From contig JAKLDQ010000004.1 of the NCBI GenBank assembly GCA_022703425.1, forward strand, positions 1 to 45,023: 45,023 nt of DNA, given 5' to 3'. The position numbers were made by a program, and so were the translations under genes. Shown piece after piece: positions 1-7,942 of this stretch. The DNA is from Patescibacteria group bacterium (GTDB lineage Bacteria > Patescibacteriota > Minisyncoccia > Minisyncoccales > Staskawiczbacteraceae). A model generated the notes under the pieces. The model worked only from the letters and a program-made list of their open reading frames with translations. It ran no database searches and was not told where the DNA came from. The first letter of the stretch is position 1. Each line of letters begins with the position of its first letter.

Positions 1-96
1 AGTTCGCTTCCTCGCGCCTTGAAATCTTGCTGTAATTGGCTCCGCTAAATTGATTCTAATGTTGTACTGGCGCCCTAGGAGCCGTTCAACAATATC

Positions 97-124
97 AAAA
101 AGCCCGCCTGCAGGCGGGCTTTTT
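97..124. terminator. Perfect 28-bp palindrome with A/T tails; probable bidirectional intrinsic terminator
   Basis: AAAAAGCCCGCCTGCAGGCGGGCTTTTT, 15 bp downstream of the stop of the minus-strand permease. Confidence 0.75.
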
Positions 125-138
125 ATTCTCCTTAAATA

Positions 139-882
139 TTAAACCTCTATTTTTGCGAAGAGGTATGTGCCGACAGAAACAAAAAGCAAAGCAATAAAAC
201 TGATTACCAGAAAATCCAGTGTCAAACCGTAGTGGGCCCCGTTGATTAATGTTCCTCTCAGTCCGTCCACGCCATAAGACAAAGGGTCAAGCGTCGCAAC
301 AATATCAACTGCTTTCGGCAAATTATTTAATGGAAACAATGCTCCCGACAAAAAGAAAATAGGCATTATCATAAAATTCATAATAATAGGGAAGGCCTGC
401 ATATCCTCGAGCTGAGAGGCAATTGCTATTCCAAAAGCGGTAAATCCGCATGCCAGCAAAAACATAAATATCAAAGTTACGGGAAATAAATACCAGTTGG
501 GCGAAAATCCGAAAAACAATGTTATAAAAAAAACTATAAGCGACTGCAAAACTGCTATTGTGGCTCCTCCGAATGTTTTTCCAAGCATAATCTGCCAGCG
601 CGGAACCGGAGCAACCATGGTTTCCTTCAAAAATCCGAATTGCCTGTCCCATATGACTTCCATACCTGTAAACATGGACGTAAACAAAATCGTCATGGCC
701 ATTATTCCCGGAGTAAGAAATTGTATGTAATCCCCTCCGCCGGCTTTTGCATAAACAGGACCAAATCCAAATCCCAAAGCAAGAAAAAACAAAACCGGCT
801 GGCCGAGAGCCCCGATCATTCTTCCCCGCGAGCGCCAGTATCTTATCAACTGGCGTTTCCACATTAAAAAAATAATTCTCAT
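139..882 (-). CDS. ABC-2 type transporter permease (DrrB/NodJ-like)
   Basis: 247 aa, about 6 hydrophobic segments, D-R-x-x-G-x-L-K-E-x-x-x-x-P motif and NPL-like DPLSY; directly downstream of the ABC ATPase. Confidence 0.9.
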   Translation of the reverse strand: MRIIFLMWKRQLIRYWRSRGRMIGALGQPVLFFLALGFGFGPVYAKAGGGDYIQFLTPGIMAMTILFTSMFTGMEVIWDRQFGFLKETMVAPVPRWQIMLGKTFGGATIAVLQSLIVFFITLFFGFSPNWYLFPVTLIFMFLLACGFTAFGIAIASQLEDMQAFPIIMNFMIMPIFFLSGALFPLNNLPKAVDIVATLDPLSYGVDGLRGTLINGAHYGLTLDFLVISFIALLFVSVGTYLFAKIEV

Positions 883-897
883 CTTGTTTTCAAATTA

Positions 898-1695
898 TTA
901 TCTGCTCCCCCACATCCTTCCCTGGAATTTTGCCCTGTCACGGGCGGTTCCCGCTTCATCTCGGATATGTTTTCCCGTTAATTTTAAAAATGCCTTTTCG
1001 AGAGACTGCTCGCCTGTTTGTTTTTTCAGCTCTGCAGGCGTGCCTTTTGCAACAATTTTTCCGAGATCAATAATAGCTATCGTATCGGCGACATTTTCTG
1101 CTTCCTCCATATAGTGGGTTGTTAAAAAAACCGTCATGCCCTCGTTTTGATTCGCCTGTTTTATATATTCCCACATATGATTTCTTGTCTGGGGATCCAG
1201 TCCGATAGTCGGCTCGTCCAAAAACAAAATTTTAGGATGGTGAATCAGGCCTCTTGCTATTTCAAGCCGGCGTTTCATTCCTCCTGAAAAGTTTTTAACA
1301 AAATCGTTTTTCCTTTCTTCCAGCCCGACAAATTTGAGCATCTGTTCTATCCTGTTTTTCCTGAGAATTCTGGGAACATCATACATTACGCCGTGAAATT
1401 CCAGATTTTCTCTGGCAGTAAGCTCATTGTCTAAACTCGGATCTTGAAAAACAATTCCAAAAGATTTCCTGACGTCCGGCTTATTTTGTTTTGTATCAAA
1501 TCCGTTCACTTTAATATCTCCGTTGTCCTGTTCTAAAAGAGTCGTCAGCATCCTTATTGTTGTTGTTTTTCCTGCGCCATTTGGGCCAAGAAAAGCAAAA
1601 ATCTCTCCCTTTTTTACGTTAAGCGTAACATCGTCAACTGCTGCAAAACTGCCGAATTTTTTCGTCAGATTGTTAATTTCTATTATATTCTGCAT
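898..1695 (-). CDS. ABC-2 exporter ATP-binding subunit (DrrA-like)
   Basis: Walker A GPNGAGKT, signature FSGGMKRR, Walker B ILFLDEPT, H-loop TTHYMEEA. Confidence 0.95.
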   Translation of the reverse strand: MQNIIEINNLTKKFGSFAAVDDVTLNVKKGEIFAFLGPNGAGKTTTIRMLTTLLEQDNGDIKVNGFDTKQNKPDVRKSFGIVFQDPSLDNELTARENLEFHGVMYDVPRILRKNRIEQMLKFVGLEERKNDFVKNFSGGMKRRLEIARGLIHHPKILFLDEPTIGLDPQTRNHMWEYIKQANQNEGMTVFLTTHYMEEAENVADTIAIIDLGKIVAKGTPAELKKQTGEQSLEKAFLKLTGKHIRDEAGTARDRAKFQGRMWGSR

Positions 1696-1698
1696 ACA

Positions 1699-2940
1699 TT
1701 AATACGTTTGCAAATCGTCCTTGGGTATAGCTTTTAGAGTGTAGATATTCGACGGATTCCAAAGCATAAAACCTGCATATTTTTCACCCAGAGCGTCCTT
1801 AATCGCTTTTATTTCCAACGAAACCTTTTCTATGTCATAAACAGCTCCCATATTAAAATCCTGTATCCATGGCCGTAATTTTGCCCCTGAAGCAACAAGA
1901 TTGTCTTCCTGCAAAACTGTGACAATCTTTGAATTTTGGTTTTCTGCCTGCCTTATCAAAGCCGTCAGCATTGAATTTTTTACTATTTCGTAGGGATGAT
2001 CAGCAGGATTATCAAATCCCAAAAAGCCTTTTATATAATGTGACGGATAAACCATCGGAGAAACATAATCAGAATAGTCAAAACCGTCTTCAATAACCTG
2101 GCCTATGCCCATATCATCTCTATTTACTGTCGTTTGGCCGAACAGATCAAGAGAAATTTTTTCTCCAGACAATTTTTCTCTTGCATATTTTAAAAATTGC
2201 CGGATGACTTCCCTCTTTTCAACCTTCCCGTCCCAGCTTGGAAAACCCATATTTTTTGTTTTTCCGTCGGAAGGAAATCTTATGTAATCAAAATTAATTT
2301 CATCGAATCCCCGGTTAAAAGCATCCTTGGCCAGAGAAATATTATAATCCCAAGACTCTTTTGAGCCTGGGTCCACCCAGGAAAGGCGATGATTATCGTA
2401 CCAAAGCGAAAAACTGGTTTTTGATTTGTCAAAAACGGCAAGCTCCGGCCGGGCCTTTGAATATGCCGGATCTTCAAACACTGATATCCTTCCTATCACA
2501 TAAACTCCTTTCTCGTGAAGTTTGTTTACAAGGCCATTTATGTCTCTGATTGCCCCGCTATACAAATTGTAATGAGAAAGCTCTGGAATTTCCGCTCTAT
2601 ATGAGATCATTCCGGAATAATCCTTTATATCTATTACAACTGCATTTATCACCGTAGTGTTAAAAACTTTTTCCAAATATTTGAAATAAGACGAACTGCC
2701 CGCCGACCATCCTGTTACATATATTGCATTAATAATCTGCGGAGGATTGGAAAGCTTTTCGGGCAATAAATCCTCGTTTGTCTGAACAACTTCCTTTACT
2801 TGTGAGACCGTTACCGTATTCGAGACCGAGGCGGGATAATAAGGGACATTAATATTTAAAGCAACAAAACAAACACCGCATGCAAACGGTATGAGCAAAA
2901 AAATAAATAAAGACAGAATTATTTTTTCAGAAATTCTCAT
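1699..2940 (-). CDS. Membrane-anchored putative glycoside hydrolase (DUF4015-like TIM barrel)
   Basis: N-terminal TM helix; motifs INAVVIDIKD, GFDEINFDYIRFP, SPMVYPSHY and LRPWIQDF typical of this family (recognised by eye). Confidence 0.75.
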   Translation of the reverse strand: MRISEKIILSLFIFLLIPFACGVCFVALNINVPYYPASVSNTVTVSQVKEVVQTNEDLLPEKLSNPPQIINAIYVTGWSAGSSSYFKYLEKVFNTTVINAVVIDIKDYSGMISYRAEIPELSHYNLYSGAIRDINGLVNKLHEKGVYVIGRISVFEDPAYSKARPELAVFDKSKTSFSLWYDNHRLSWVDPGSKESWDYNISLAKDAFNRGFDEINFDYIRFPSDGKTKNMGFPSWDGKVEKREVIRQFLKYAREKLSGEKISLDLFGQTTVNRDDMGIGQVIEDGFDYSDYVSPMVYPSHYIKGFLGFDNPADHPYEIVKNSMLTALIRQAENQNSKIVTVLQEDNLVASGAKLRPWIQDFNMGAVYDIEKVSLEIKAIKDALGEKYAGFMLWNPSNIYTLKAIPKDDLQTY

Positions 2941-2986
2941 AAATTATCTAATTATATCTTTTGCTTCAAAATTTAAAAAGTGTAAA

Positions 2987-3010
2987 AAAACAGCCCTGAC
3001 CGGGCTGTTT
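2987..3010. terminator. Intrinsic terminator for the tRNA-Arg/tRNA-His unit
   Basis: AAAACAGCCC-TGACC-GGGCTGTTT; the A-tract gives a U-tract on the minus strand just after tRNA-His. Confidence 0.75.
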
Positions 3011-3016
3011 AAATTG

Positions 3017-3088
3017 GGCGGCTAACGGGATTTGCACCCGTGATGACGCTGCCACAGAGCGTTGTGTTGCTGCTACACCATAGCCGCC
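3017..3088 (-). tRNA. tRNA-His(GUG) with encoded G-1; CCA not encoded
   Basis: Cloverleaf; acceptor GCGGCTA/TAGCCGC, G-1:C73, anticodon arm ACGCT-CTGTGGC-AGCGT, T-loop TGCAAAT. Confidence 0.92.
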
Positions 3089-3100
3089 ATTTTACTTTTG

Positions 3101-3172
3101 TGCCCCCACGAGGAATCGAACCTCGATCTCAGGCTTAGAAGGCTCGCGTTTTATCCATTAAACTATGGGGGC
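3101..3172 (-). tRNA. tRNA-Arg(UCU)
   Basis: Acceptor GCCCCCA/TGGGGGC, anticodon loop CTTCTAA, T-arm CGAGG-TTCGATT-CCTCG; one A:C mismatch in the anticodon stem. Confidence 0.9.
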
Positions 3173-3215
3173 ATTCAGTAATTTTATACTGAAATGTTAT
3201 CATAAAAACTAACCT

Positions 3216-3244
3216 TTGACAAGCTGGTTTTTTTGAGTTAAAAT
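3216..3244 (+). promoter_or_regulatory. Sigma70-type promoter for tRNA-Pro/tRNA-Gly
   Basis: TTGACA (3216-3221), 17-bp spacer, TAAAAT (3239-3244), 11 bp before tRNA-Pro. Confidence 0.7.
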
Positions 3245-3255
3245 AATTCCATGAA

Positions 3256-3326
3256 CGGGGTATGGTGTAATGGTAGCACGAATCGTTTGGGACGATTTAG
3301 TCTCAGTTCGAATCTGAGTACCCCGA
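3256..3326 (+). tRNA. tRNA-Pro(UGG)
   Basis: C1:G72 acceptor CGGGGTA/TACCCCG, anticodon arm AATCG-TTTGGGA-CGATT, T-loop TTCGAAT. Confidence 0.93.
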
Positions 3327-3337
3327 CCGAATTATGC

Positions 3338-3411
3338 GCGGGTATGGTGTAGCAGCAGCACGAAACCCTTCCAAGGTTTGAGCAGGGGTGCAAATCCCCT
3401 TACCCGCTCCA
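3338..3411 (+). tRNA. tRNA-Gly(UCC), CCA encoded
   Basis: Acceptor GCGGGTA/TACCCGC, U73, CCA; anticodon arm AAACC-CTTCCAA-GGTTT; T-loop TGCAAAT. Confidence 0.93.
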
Positions 3412-3416
3412 ATTTT

Positions 3417-3439
3417 ACAGCCCTAATATGGGCTGTTTT
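3417..3439 (+). terminator. Intrinsic terminator after tRNA-Gly
   Basis: ACAGCCC-TAATAT-GGGCTGT followed by a T-rich tract. Confidence 0.75.
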
Positions 3440-3495
3440 ATTTTTATCTTTTTTTCTGATAAAATATAGATAAGATAAAATAACTTATCTAAATT

Positions 3496-4014
3496 ATGGA
3501 TAAATTCAGCAATTTATACGATTTCATCGACCTGGCAAAAGCCAACAAAAAATACCCCGAGAATACTGCCAATAACTTAAAATCCGCACTTAAAATCTTT
3601 GAGAAGGAGCTGAATCCAGATGAATTAAAGTCCATAAATATGATCAAAGACAGCATAGAAGAAATTTTCAGAAGCGTTGCAATTGCCAACAAACACAAGA
3701 GCATATTGTCACTTAATACATATAAGGCCCGCCTTTTAAAAGTAATAAATGATTACAAAAAATATGGCGCAGATCCGGGAAAAATACAGACATGGCACGT
3801 AAAAACGAGGAAATCCACAGGGGTGTTAATTAAAAAAGATAAAGATAATAATGAGAAGATAAGTTTATCTGAATTTATCTGCGACCCTGTGGAAAACACG
3901 CACAAGATAGAACTTGCTCTTAAATCCTGCTCAAAGGCTGTGCTGCAAATCCCCTGCACAATTTCACATGACGAAATAAAAAAGCTTAAGGACATACTGG
4001 ACGCCCTCCCATGA
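3496..4014 (+). CDS. Hypothetical protein, stand-alone transcription unit
   Basis: 172-aa ORF with an extended -10 (TGATAAAAT, 3457-3465) upstream and its own terminator downstream. Confidence 0.75.
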   Translation: MDKFSNLYDFIDLAKANKKYPENTANNLKSALKIFEKELNPDELKSINMIKDSIEEIFRSVAIANKHKSILSLNTYKARLLKVINDYKKYGADPGKIQTWHVKTRKSTGVLIKKDKDNNEKISLSEFICDPVENTHKIELALKSCSKAVLQIPCTISHDEIKKLKDILDALP

Positions 4015-4015
4015 C

Positions 4016-4040
4016 AAAAACCGCCCTCTCGGGCGGTTTT
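4016..4040. terminator. Intrinsic terminator, probably bidirectional
   Basis: AAAAA-CCGCCC-TCTC-GGGCGG-TTTT immediately after the TGA stop. Confidence 0.8.
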
Positions 4041-4103
4041 ATGTTGCAGATTTTATGTTTTCTTCTGGCCTGCCAGGTAGTGAATTTCAACTCCAAAACA
4101 AAA

Positions 4104-4126
4104 CCAGCCAGTGATTAACTGGCTGG
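4104..4126 (-). terminator. Intrinsic terminator of rny
   Basis: CCAGCCAGT-GATTA-ACTGGCTGG with an A-rich 5' flank, giving a U-rich tail on the minus strand. Confidence 0.7.
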
Positions 4127-4141
4127 GCTGTTAAGATTCTA

Positions 4142-5674
4142 CTACCTGGCGTATTCTACAACTCTTGTTTCTCTCATTACGGTAATTTTTATTTCTCCCG
4201 GATATTTCAGTTCTTCCTCAATCTTTTCTGCAATTTGTTTTGCAACTTTTTGCGCTCCCAGATCATCCACCTTTTCAGATTTCACAAAAACCCTGATTTC
4301 TCTTCCTGCCTGAATTGCATATGTCTTTTCAATCCCGGGAAATCCGTTTGCAATATCCTCAAGATCCTTCAATCTTTGCAGATAATTTTCCAATGTGTCT
4401 TTTCTGGCGCCCGGTCTTGAACCCGAAATTGCGTCAGCTGTTTTAACGATTACCGCTTCCAATGTTTCTGCGGGATAATCGTCATGATGGGCGCGCATTG
4501 CCTTGATTACGGCTTCAGATTCCCCAAATTTTTCAAGAATCTTAACCCCGATTTCAATATGCGAACCCTGAACCTGCTGATCGATTGCTTTTCCAATGTC
4601 GTGCAGAAGACCGGCTCTCTTGGCAACCTGCGTATTTGCTTTAAGTTCATCGGCGATCGTTTCTGCAATCAGAGCAACCTCCATTGAATGAAGTAAAACA
4701 TTTTGGCCGTAACTTGTTCTGTAATAAAGCCTTCCTAAGATCTGAATAAGCTTGTCATTTAACCCGATTACGCCCGTGTCATAGGCGGCCTTGTCTCCGG
4801 CTTCTTTTATTTTCTGGGCAATTTCTGTTTTTGCCTCCTCAACTTTCTCCTCAATCTTTGCCGGCTGGATTCTTCCGTCCTGGATTAATTTATCAAGGGC
4901 GACTTTTGCAATCTGCCTTCTTATCGGATTAAATCCGGAAATAACAACAGATTCGGGTGTTTCGTCAACAATAAGTTCAACTCCCGTAAGCTTTTCGAAT
5001 GTCCTGATATTTCTTCCTTCTTTTCCAATAATTCTGCCTTTAATGTCCTCGTTCTGAAGCAAAACTGTTGTGGTGGTCAGCTCCTGCGTCTGTGAAACTG
5101 CGCATTTTTGTATAGCGAGCGCCACAATTTCTTTTGCCCTGTTTTGCAGTTTTTCCATGCCTTTTTCCTCCAATTTTCTCATCCTTTCCAAAATGTCTTT
5201 TTCATACTCGATTTCCACAAGCTCTAAAAGCTCTTTTTTTGCGTCTTCACGCGAAAGATGGGCAACTTTTTCAAGCTTTTCCTCGGCCGTTTTTCTCAAG
5301 CTGTCTAAATCTTCACGCACAGCTTTGAGCTTTTCAACTCTATCTTTTAAATCCTGCTCTTTTGATTCAAAGGCTGCAATTTTTCCGTCCAGCAGATGTT
5401 CTCTTTCCAAAAGAATTTGTTGCGCCTTTAAAAATTCTCTTCTTCTTTCATCAACTTCTCTTTGGGCTTTTTCTATTATATCGCTCGACTTCTGTTCTGC
5501 CTTTTTTATCATGGCAGATGTTTCTTCCTTTACGTCAACAACCCGTTTCTGAAGTTTTGCCTCTAATGTTCCAGCCCTTCTCTTTGCTATGGACTGCCTT
5601 ACATAGTATCCCATCAGGAATCCCAGAAGCACACAAATAACAACCCCAGCAAAGTACAATGTAACTTGGTTCAT
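4142..5674 (-). CDS. rny: Ribonuclease Y
   Basis: N-terminal TM, coiled coil, KH domain (GRIIGKEGRNIR), HD domain (LLHDIGK), C-terminal AIQAGREIRV and YPGEIKITV. Confidence 0.97.
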   Translation of the reverse strand: MNQVTLYFAGVVICVLLGFLMGYYVRQSIAKRRAGTLEAKLQKRVVDVKEETSAMIKKAEQKSSDIIEKAQREVDERRREFLKAQQILLEREHLLDGKIAAFESKEQDLKDRVEKLKAVREDLDSLRKTAEEKLEKVAHLSREDAKKELLELVEIEYEKDILERMRKLEEKGMEKLQNRAKEIVALAIQKCAVSQTQELTTTTVLLQNEDIKGRIIGKEGRNIRTFEKLTGVELIVDETPESVVISGFNPIRRQIAKVALDKLIQDGRIQPAKIEEKVEEAKTEIAQKIKEAGDKAAYDTGVIGLNDKLIQILGRLYYRTSYGQNVLLHSMEVALIAETIADELKANTQVAKRAGLLHDIGKAIDQQVQGSHIEIGVKILEKFGESEAVIKAMRAHHDDYPAETLEAVIVKTADAISGSRPGARKDTLENYLQRLKDLEDIANGFPGIEKTYAIQAGREIRVFVKSEKVDDLGAQKVAKQIAEKIEEELKYPGEIKITVMRETRVVEYAR

Positions 5675-5723
5675 GTTTATGAGACTAAATTAATAAAAAA
5701 TTAATAATTCGACTTTAAAAAAT

Positions 5724-5766
5724 TCGCTCGTTTTATTGCACCTGACAGATGCAATAAAACAAACGC
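5724..5766 (-). other. Long hairpin (about 16 bp) between clpP and rny
   Basis: Perfect core GTTTTATTGCA (5730-5740) / TGCAATAAAAC (5750-5760), extendable with G:U pairs; followed by a U-rich run on the minus strand. Confidence 0.5.
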
Positions 5767-5777
5767 CTTTAAACAAC

Positions 5778-5804
5778 AAAACTCACCTAGCGTGGTGAGC
5801 TTTT
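5778..5804. terminator. Intrinsic terminator downstream of clpP
   Basis: AAAA-CTCACC-TAGCGT-GGTGAG-CTTTT. Confidence 0.65.
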
Positions 5805-5832
5805 ATTAACGACTTAAATTTATAACGGGGGA

Positions 5833-6420
5833 TTACTGCTTGTCCTCTCCAATTACCTCATCGATTAATCCGTATTTCTTTGCCTCTTCTGCGGTTAAAT
5901 AAAAATCCCTGTCGGTGTCTTTTTCCACCTTTTCCAGCGGCTGTCCTGTATGCGAGGACAGAATTTTATTTAACTTTTCCTTCATTTTAACAATCTGTTT
6001 TGCTGTGATTTCAATATCTACTGCCTGGCCCTGGGCGCCTCCGGCAACCTGGTGTAATAATATTTCGGCATTGGGCAAGGAGAATCTTTTTCCTCGTGTT
6101 CCCGCAGCCAAAATAACAGCCGCCATTGATGCTGTTAGACCTATGCAGATTGTAGATACCGGGCATTTTAAATACTGCATCGTGTCGTAAATAGCCAGAC
6201 CTGCCGTAACTGAACCGCCCGGGCTATTAATGTAAAGCTTGATGTCTTTTTTTGAGTCCTTTGAAGCCAGATAAAGCATCTGGGCAATGACCAAATTTGC
6301 ATTTAAGTCAGTTACAGGCCCCGCCAAAAAAACAATGCGCTCTTCCAAAAGCCTTGAAAATATGTCGTATGCGCGCTCACCGCGCTGTGATTTTTCTACA
6401 ATAGTTGGAACTATTGGCAT
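5833..6420 (-). CDS. clpP: ATP-dependent Clp protease proteolytic subunit
   Basis: [15 protein letters not shown], catalytic Ser in TASMAA, His in LLHQ, DRDFY. Confidence 0.98.
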   Translation of the reverse strand: MPIVPTIVEKSQRGERAYDIFSRLLEERIVFLAGPVTDLNANLVIAQMLYLASKDSKKDIKLYINSPGGSVTAGLAIYDTMQYLKCPVSTICIGLTASMAAVILAAGTRGKRFSLPNAEILLHQVAGGAQGQAVDIEITAKQIVKMKEKLNKILSSHTGQPLEKVEKDTDRDFYLTAEEAKKYGLIDEVIGEDKQ

Positions 6421-6446
6421 GAGTTTTTAATATTGATTGTGCGACT

Positions 6447-7715
6447 TTAATCTGTGAAAGTTTCCAGTTTTTGGAAGACTTTCTCGTTGTATATCGCACC
6501 TTTAGTATACTCTTTTAACTGCTCGATGTCAATTTTGTCCAGATCGGATTTCGAGTAGTTTTTTATCGTTTTTGTGACCTCTTCTTCGATTTCTTCTTCA
6601 GAAACTTCCACCTTTTCATTTTTCCCGATTTGCCTTAAAACGAGAAAGTTTTTAATCCTTTTTTCAGCTTCTTTTTTGAATGAATCCTTTATTTCCTGTT
6701 CTGTTTTTTTAACAGAAGCCAAATAATCCTCAAAAGAGATCTTAAAGCTTCCTGCAATATGAGCTTTCATGTCTTCAAACAACCTATCCTTTTCATATTC
6801 AACCAGTTTTTCGGGTATCTCAAAATCTGTTTTTTCCGCAATTTTTTCCAGAATTTCACCTCTTTTTCTCTGCTTTTCTGCCTCTTGTTTTTCCATTAAG
6901 ATTCCCTCATTCAGGTTTTTTTTAAGTGCAACAAGTGTATCAAAGGCGCCCAAGGTCTGCGCAAAGTTATCGTTAATTTCAGGAATTTCCATTTTGTGCA
7001 CGCCCATCATTTTTACGTGAAAATCCCCTTCCTTTCCGGCAAGATCTTTTCTTTCGGGGTTCTCGGGAAACTTTGCCTTAAAATCTTTCTCTTCTCCGGC
7101 TTTCATTCCTAAAAGCTTGTCTTCAAAATCTTTCATTAATCCGCTTTCGCCTAAAATAAACCTGTCGCCGATTTCTTTTCCGGCGTTAATGTCTTTGTTC
7201 TGGTATTTTATTTCAACAAAATCTTTTTTTTCTGCCGGCCTGTCCTCTAGCGTAAGTTTTGCCCTTGATTTCTGCAGATAATTTAAAGCGTCCTGAATCT
7301 CCTCTTCGGTTACTGCAATTTCTTTTGCTTTTATCTTTCCCGAAATTTCTTTATAATCAGGAAGCTGAATTTCCGGCAAAACTGTAATTTTTGCCTTGAA
7401 AATAAAAGGGCTTCCCTTGGCAATTTTTACAATCTGGACTTCAGGATGTCCAACCGGCTCTATATTGTTTGCCAAAATATAATCTGTGTAAACATGTTTT
7501 ACTGCATGGTCTCCGGCTTCCATTAAAAGATTTTCCTGTCCTATTTTTTCCTCAATCATTTTATCGGGAGCCTGCCCCTGCCTGAAACCATCCATTTTTA
7601 CGTGGCTTTTCAAATGTAAAAGCGCGTGTCTGAAATGCTCCTGAAATTCTTCGGCAGTCAGCTCAAACTCCAGCTCAATTTCTGATTTCGGCAACTTGTT
7701 TTGTTTGACTTGCAT
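6447..7715 (-). CDS. tig: Trigger factor
   Basis: Ribosome-binding motif variant GFRQGQAP, FKBP-like middle domain (FEDKLLGMKAGEEK); upstream of clpP as usual. Confidence 0.95.
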   Translation of the reverse strand: MQVKQNKLPKSEIELEFELTAEEFQEHFRHALLHLKSHVKMDGFRQGQAPDKMIEEKIGQENLLMEAGDHAVKHVYTDYILANNIEPVGHPEVQIVKIAKGSPFIFKAKITVLPEIQLPDYKEISGKIKAKEIAVTEEEIQDALNYLQKSRAKLTLEDRPAEKKDFVEIKYQNKDINAGKEIGDRFILGESGLMKDFEDKLLGMKAGEEKDFKAKFPENPERKDLAGKEGDFHVKMMGVHKMEIPEINDNFAQTLGAFDTLVALKKNLNEGILMEKQEAEKQRKRGEILEKIAEKTDFEIPEKLVEYEKDRLFEDMKAHIAGSFKISFEDYLASVKKTEQEIKDSFKKEAEKRIKNFLVLRQIGKNEKVEVSEEEIEEEVTKTIKNYSKSDLDKIDIEQLKEYTKGAIYNEKVFQKLETFTD

Positions 7716-7856
7716 GTATTTTAGTTCTCGCCCTCACACCGTTACCAGTGGCAAACTCGCAGTGACGGGCATATTTTTAATACTAATTAGAGAATATTAC
7801 TTTTTAGTTAAATATTGCCTATTTTACCCCGCTTTTCTTAAAAAATCAACTTACTA

Positions 7857-7885
7857 AAACGCCCCAGGCATTGCCTGGGGCGTTT
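7857..7885. repeat. Near-perfect palindrome with a 1-nt centre
   Basis: AAACGCCCCAGGCA-T-TGCCTGGGGCGTTT. Confidence 0.85.
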
Positions 7886-7898
7886 GTTTTCCCCTTAG

Positions 7899-7930
7899 CT
7901 GAACGGCTCACTCCGGAGTGAGCCGTTCAG
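7899..7930. repeat. Perfect 32-bp palindrome just downstream of hppA; possible terminator
   Basis: CTGAACGGCTCACTCCGGAGTGAGCCGTTCAG is its own reverse complement. Confidence 0.85.
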
Positions 7931-7942
7931 TTTTGAGCTGTT

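Noticed and set aside
3101-3172. tRNA-Arg(UCU) as a pseudogene because of the A29:C41 mismatch
   Set aside because: All other stems, conserved loop bases and the A20 identity element are intact; a single anticodon-stem mismatch is tolerated.
4072-4150. 10-bp inverted repeat GCCAGGTAGT/ACTACCTGGC spanning the rny stop
   Set aside because: Short, and one arm lies beyond the rny terminator so it would rarely be co-transcribed; plausible by chance.
5675-5832. 6S RNA upstream of rny
   Set aside because: The interval is only about 158 bp and is accounted for by two local hairpins; there is no long rod with a central bubble.
7857-7930. CRISPR array suggested by adjacent palindromes
   Set aside because: The two palindromes differ in sequence, there is no repeat-spacer periodicity and there are no cas genes.
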